Below, in pieces: positions 62,226 through 64,000 of a stretch of DNA of 64,000 nt (position 1 is the first letter of the stretch; the number at the start of each line of letters is the position of its first letter). The position numbers and the translations under genes were made by a program. The stretch is from assembly GCA_963514005.1 (NCBI GenBank), contig OY740784.1, positions 89,156,001-89,220,000 on the forward strand. The letters are read 5' to 3'. The notes beneath the pieces were generated by a model. The model had not been told where the DNA came from, searched no databases, and saw only the letters and a list, made by a program, of their open reading frames with translations. This DNA comes from Raja brachyura. Its lineage: Eukaryota.

Positions 62226-62774
62226 TAAATCAAACTGTCTAACTTTCTCATAAACAATCACCACCCCCCACCACACAATTCCAGATTATTGGACGAGTAA
62301 CTTTTCTTTGAACTGCTTTAATACATTTGTATCAATCTTAAATAAGGATGCTGGATTTGTATGCCACTATTGGGGTGTCAGCAATGCCCTATATTCAGTA
62401 GCTGAAACACAACCTCCCTGATTTTTATACTCAGTTTACCTTGCAATAAACAATACGTTCTTGTTAGCTTTACAAATGACCTGCCGATTGCCCTCAAGAG
62501 GTGGGTGGGTAAGTTTTATGGAGAGAATGTGTAAATGATCCATCATTGTCTGGCACCAATTAGACCCCTCCCCCCTCATATCTCCCACCTCACCCAAAGG
62601 CAATGGGAGAAAAAAATAGAAATATATTTTGAAAGGAAGATAGGAAAATCTATGAAGAGGTGACAAAAAGTGCCGCCACTTCCTTTGTTGCCAAGTGAGA
62701 GACAAAAGGTCAGGGGTAATGTGGTATATTCCATAGGCTTCACAACACGGCTGAGATGAGGGTTGCATTGATAT

Positions 62775-63066
62775 TATATTTCGCTTGGTTAGTTTACACT
62801 CCAGCAGTATGAACATTGACTTCTCCAATTTCAGGTAGTCCTTGCCTTCTCCCTTCTTCCACTCCCCTTCCCAACTCTCCCACAGCCTACTGTGTCCACC
62901 TCTTCTTTTCCTTTTCCCGCATCCCCCCCAACATCAGTCTGACGAAGGGTCTCGACCTGAAACGTCGCCTATTCCTTCACTCCATAGATGCTGCCTCACC
63001 CGTTGAGTTTGTCCATCTTTTTTGTCTCTCTTCGATTTTTCCAGCATCTGCAGTTCTTTCTTAAAC
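62775..63066 (+). mobile_element. Penelope-like element 3' end with hammerhead-bearing pLTR
   Basis: IFRLVSLHSSSMNIDFSNFR* then CTGACGAAGGGTCTCGACCTGAAACGTC at 62939-62966. Confidence 0.85.
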
Positions 63067-63234
63067 AAAACTTGATGTGAACAATGGTTGCTAGAGTTAA
63101 ATTCAGTCTGAATTCAAATCAAAATGAACTTTGTAGCTGTGGCAAGATTTTAATGTTTGGTTATTACTCATGCTGCCCTTTGTAGCATCTTGTTGGGCAC
63201 AAATGGGCTACTGTATCATAATTACCAACTAGAA

Positions 63235-63495
63235 CACAATCACAGTTTTTGTAGCAATTCTGCAGGTCAGACAGCATTTCTGGATGACACAAAAAGCTGG
63301 AGTAACCCAGCGGGACAAGCAGCATCTGTGGAGGACATGTATGTGTGACGTTTCAGGCCGGGACCCTTCTTCAGACATGGACTCATTCTGACCCACTTAT
63401 CCATGCCTTCCAGAGATGCTGCCTGACCCACTGAATTACTCCAGCATTTTGTGCTATTTTTCTGTAAACCAGCAGCTGCAGTTCATTGTGTCTAC
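63235..63495. mobile_element. Inverted PLE terminal-repeat pair
   Basis: Minus-strand pLTR 63285-63376 followed by plus-strand pLTR 63390-63495. Confidence 0.75.
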
Positions 63496-64000
63496 AAACT
63501 TATAATGGTTGCCTACATCTCACAAATTGACTGCTGAATGCAAGAAACAGAAAAAAAACTGCAGTTACTGGAAACCTGAAATAAAAATAGGACGTTCCTG
63601 GAAATACTCAGCGGGTCAGTCAGCATCAATGTAGTGAAAAGCCAGCATATCAGATCAATAGAGCATTAACCTTCAGCTGAGTAGTTCCAGCATTTTTTGC
63701 TTTTATATCTGTTGTTCTCTATTGTCAAGAAACACGTGTTTTTTTTCCCTTTCTAACCTTTCAACCTTAAAGAAAGAGTCTCTTGTCATTGTTAATACTG
63801 CTAAATCTATTATTCATCTGCAAAAACACAAGGCGTGAATCCAGGAGCATTCAGACCAAGAAACTGGTAGAACAATGTGACTCACTGTGTGAGTTTTGGA
63901 AATCAGAAACTGCATTAACAAAGGCTGCTTGCCTTTTTACACAATCTACAGCTGATTGGAATATAGTGTGGGCTTGGAATGTATTCTCGGATATGGGATC

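Noticed and set aside
58875-63535. Shared 14-mer ACAAATTGACTGCT near two PLE repeats
   Set aside because: Too short to separate from chance or shared repeat ancestry.

Overview
Eukaryotic, non-genic, repeat-dominated vertebrate DNA. The repeat families (HER1/CR1 LINEs, HE1-type V-SINEs, Deu-domain SINEs) point to a cartilaginous fish, probably a skate or ray (inference). I found no host protein-coding exon; every long ORF is a retrotransposon fragment or its antisense shadow. The window is a nested stack of CR1, Rex1/Babar, L2 and Penelope-like (PLE) retroelements, three TAA-flanked Harbinger-type MITEs, a GC-rich non-coding ~800-bp retroposon (3 copies), a possible solo LTR and three N gaps. 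Main observations: (1) more than a dozen PLE terminal repeats carry a minimal hammerhead-ribozyme motif, often as palindromic pairs with 11-20 bp TSDs; (2) a TSD-bounded PLE insertion at 19770-22207 contains ~110 bp copied from the flank and junction of another PLE insertion 20 kb away (39574-39683), whose own junction matches sequence 366 bp downstream, suggesting local sequence capture during retrotransposition. All coordinates and alignments were read by eye; boundaries of old fragments are approximate.
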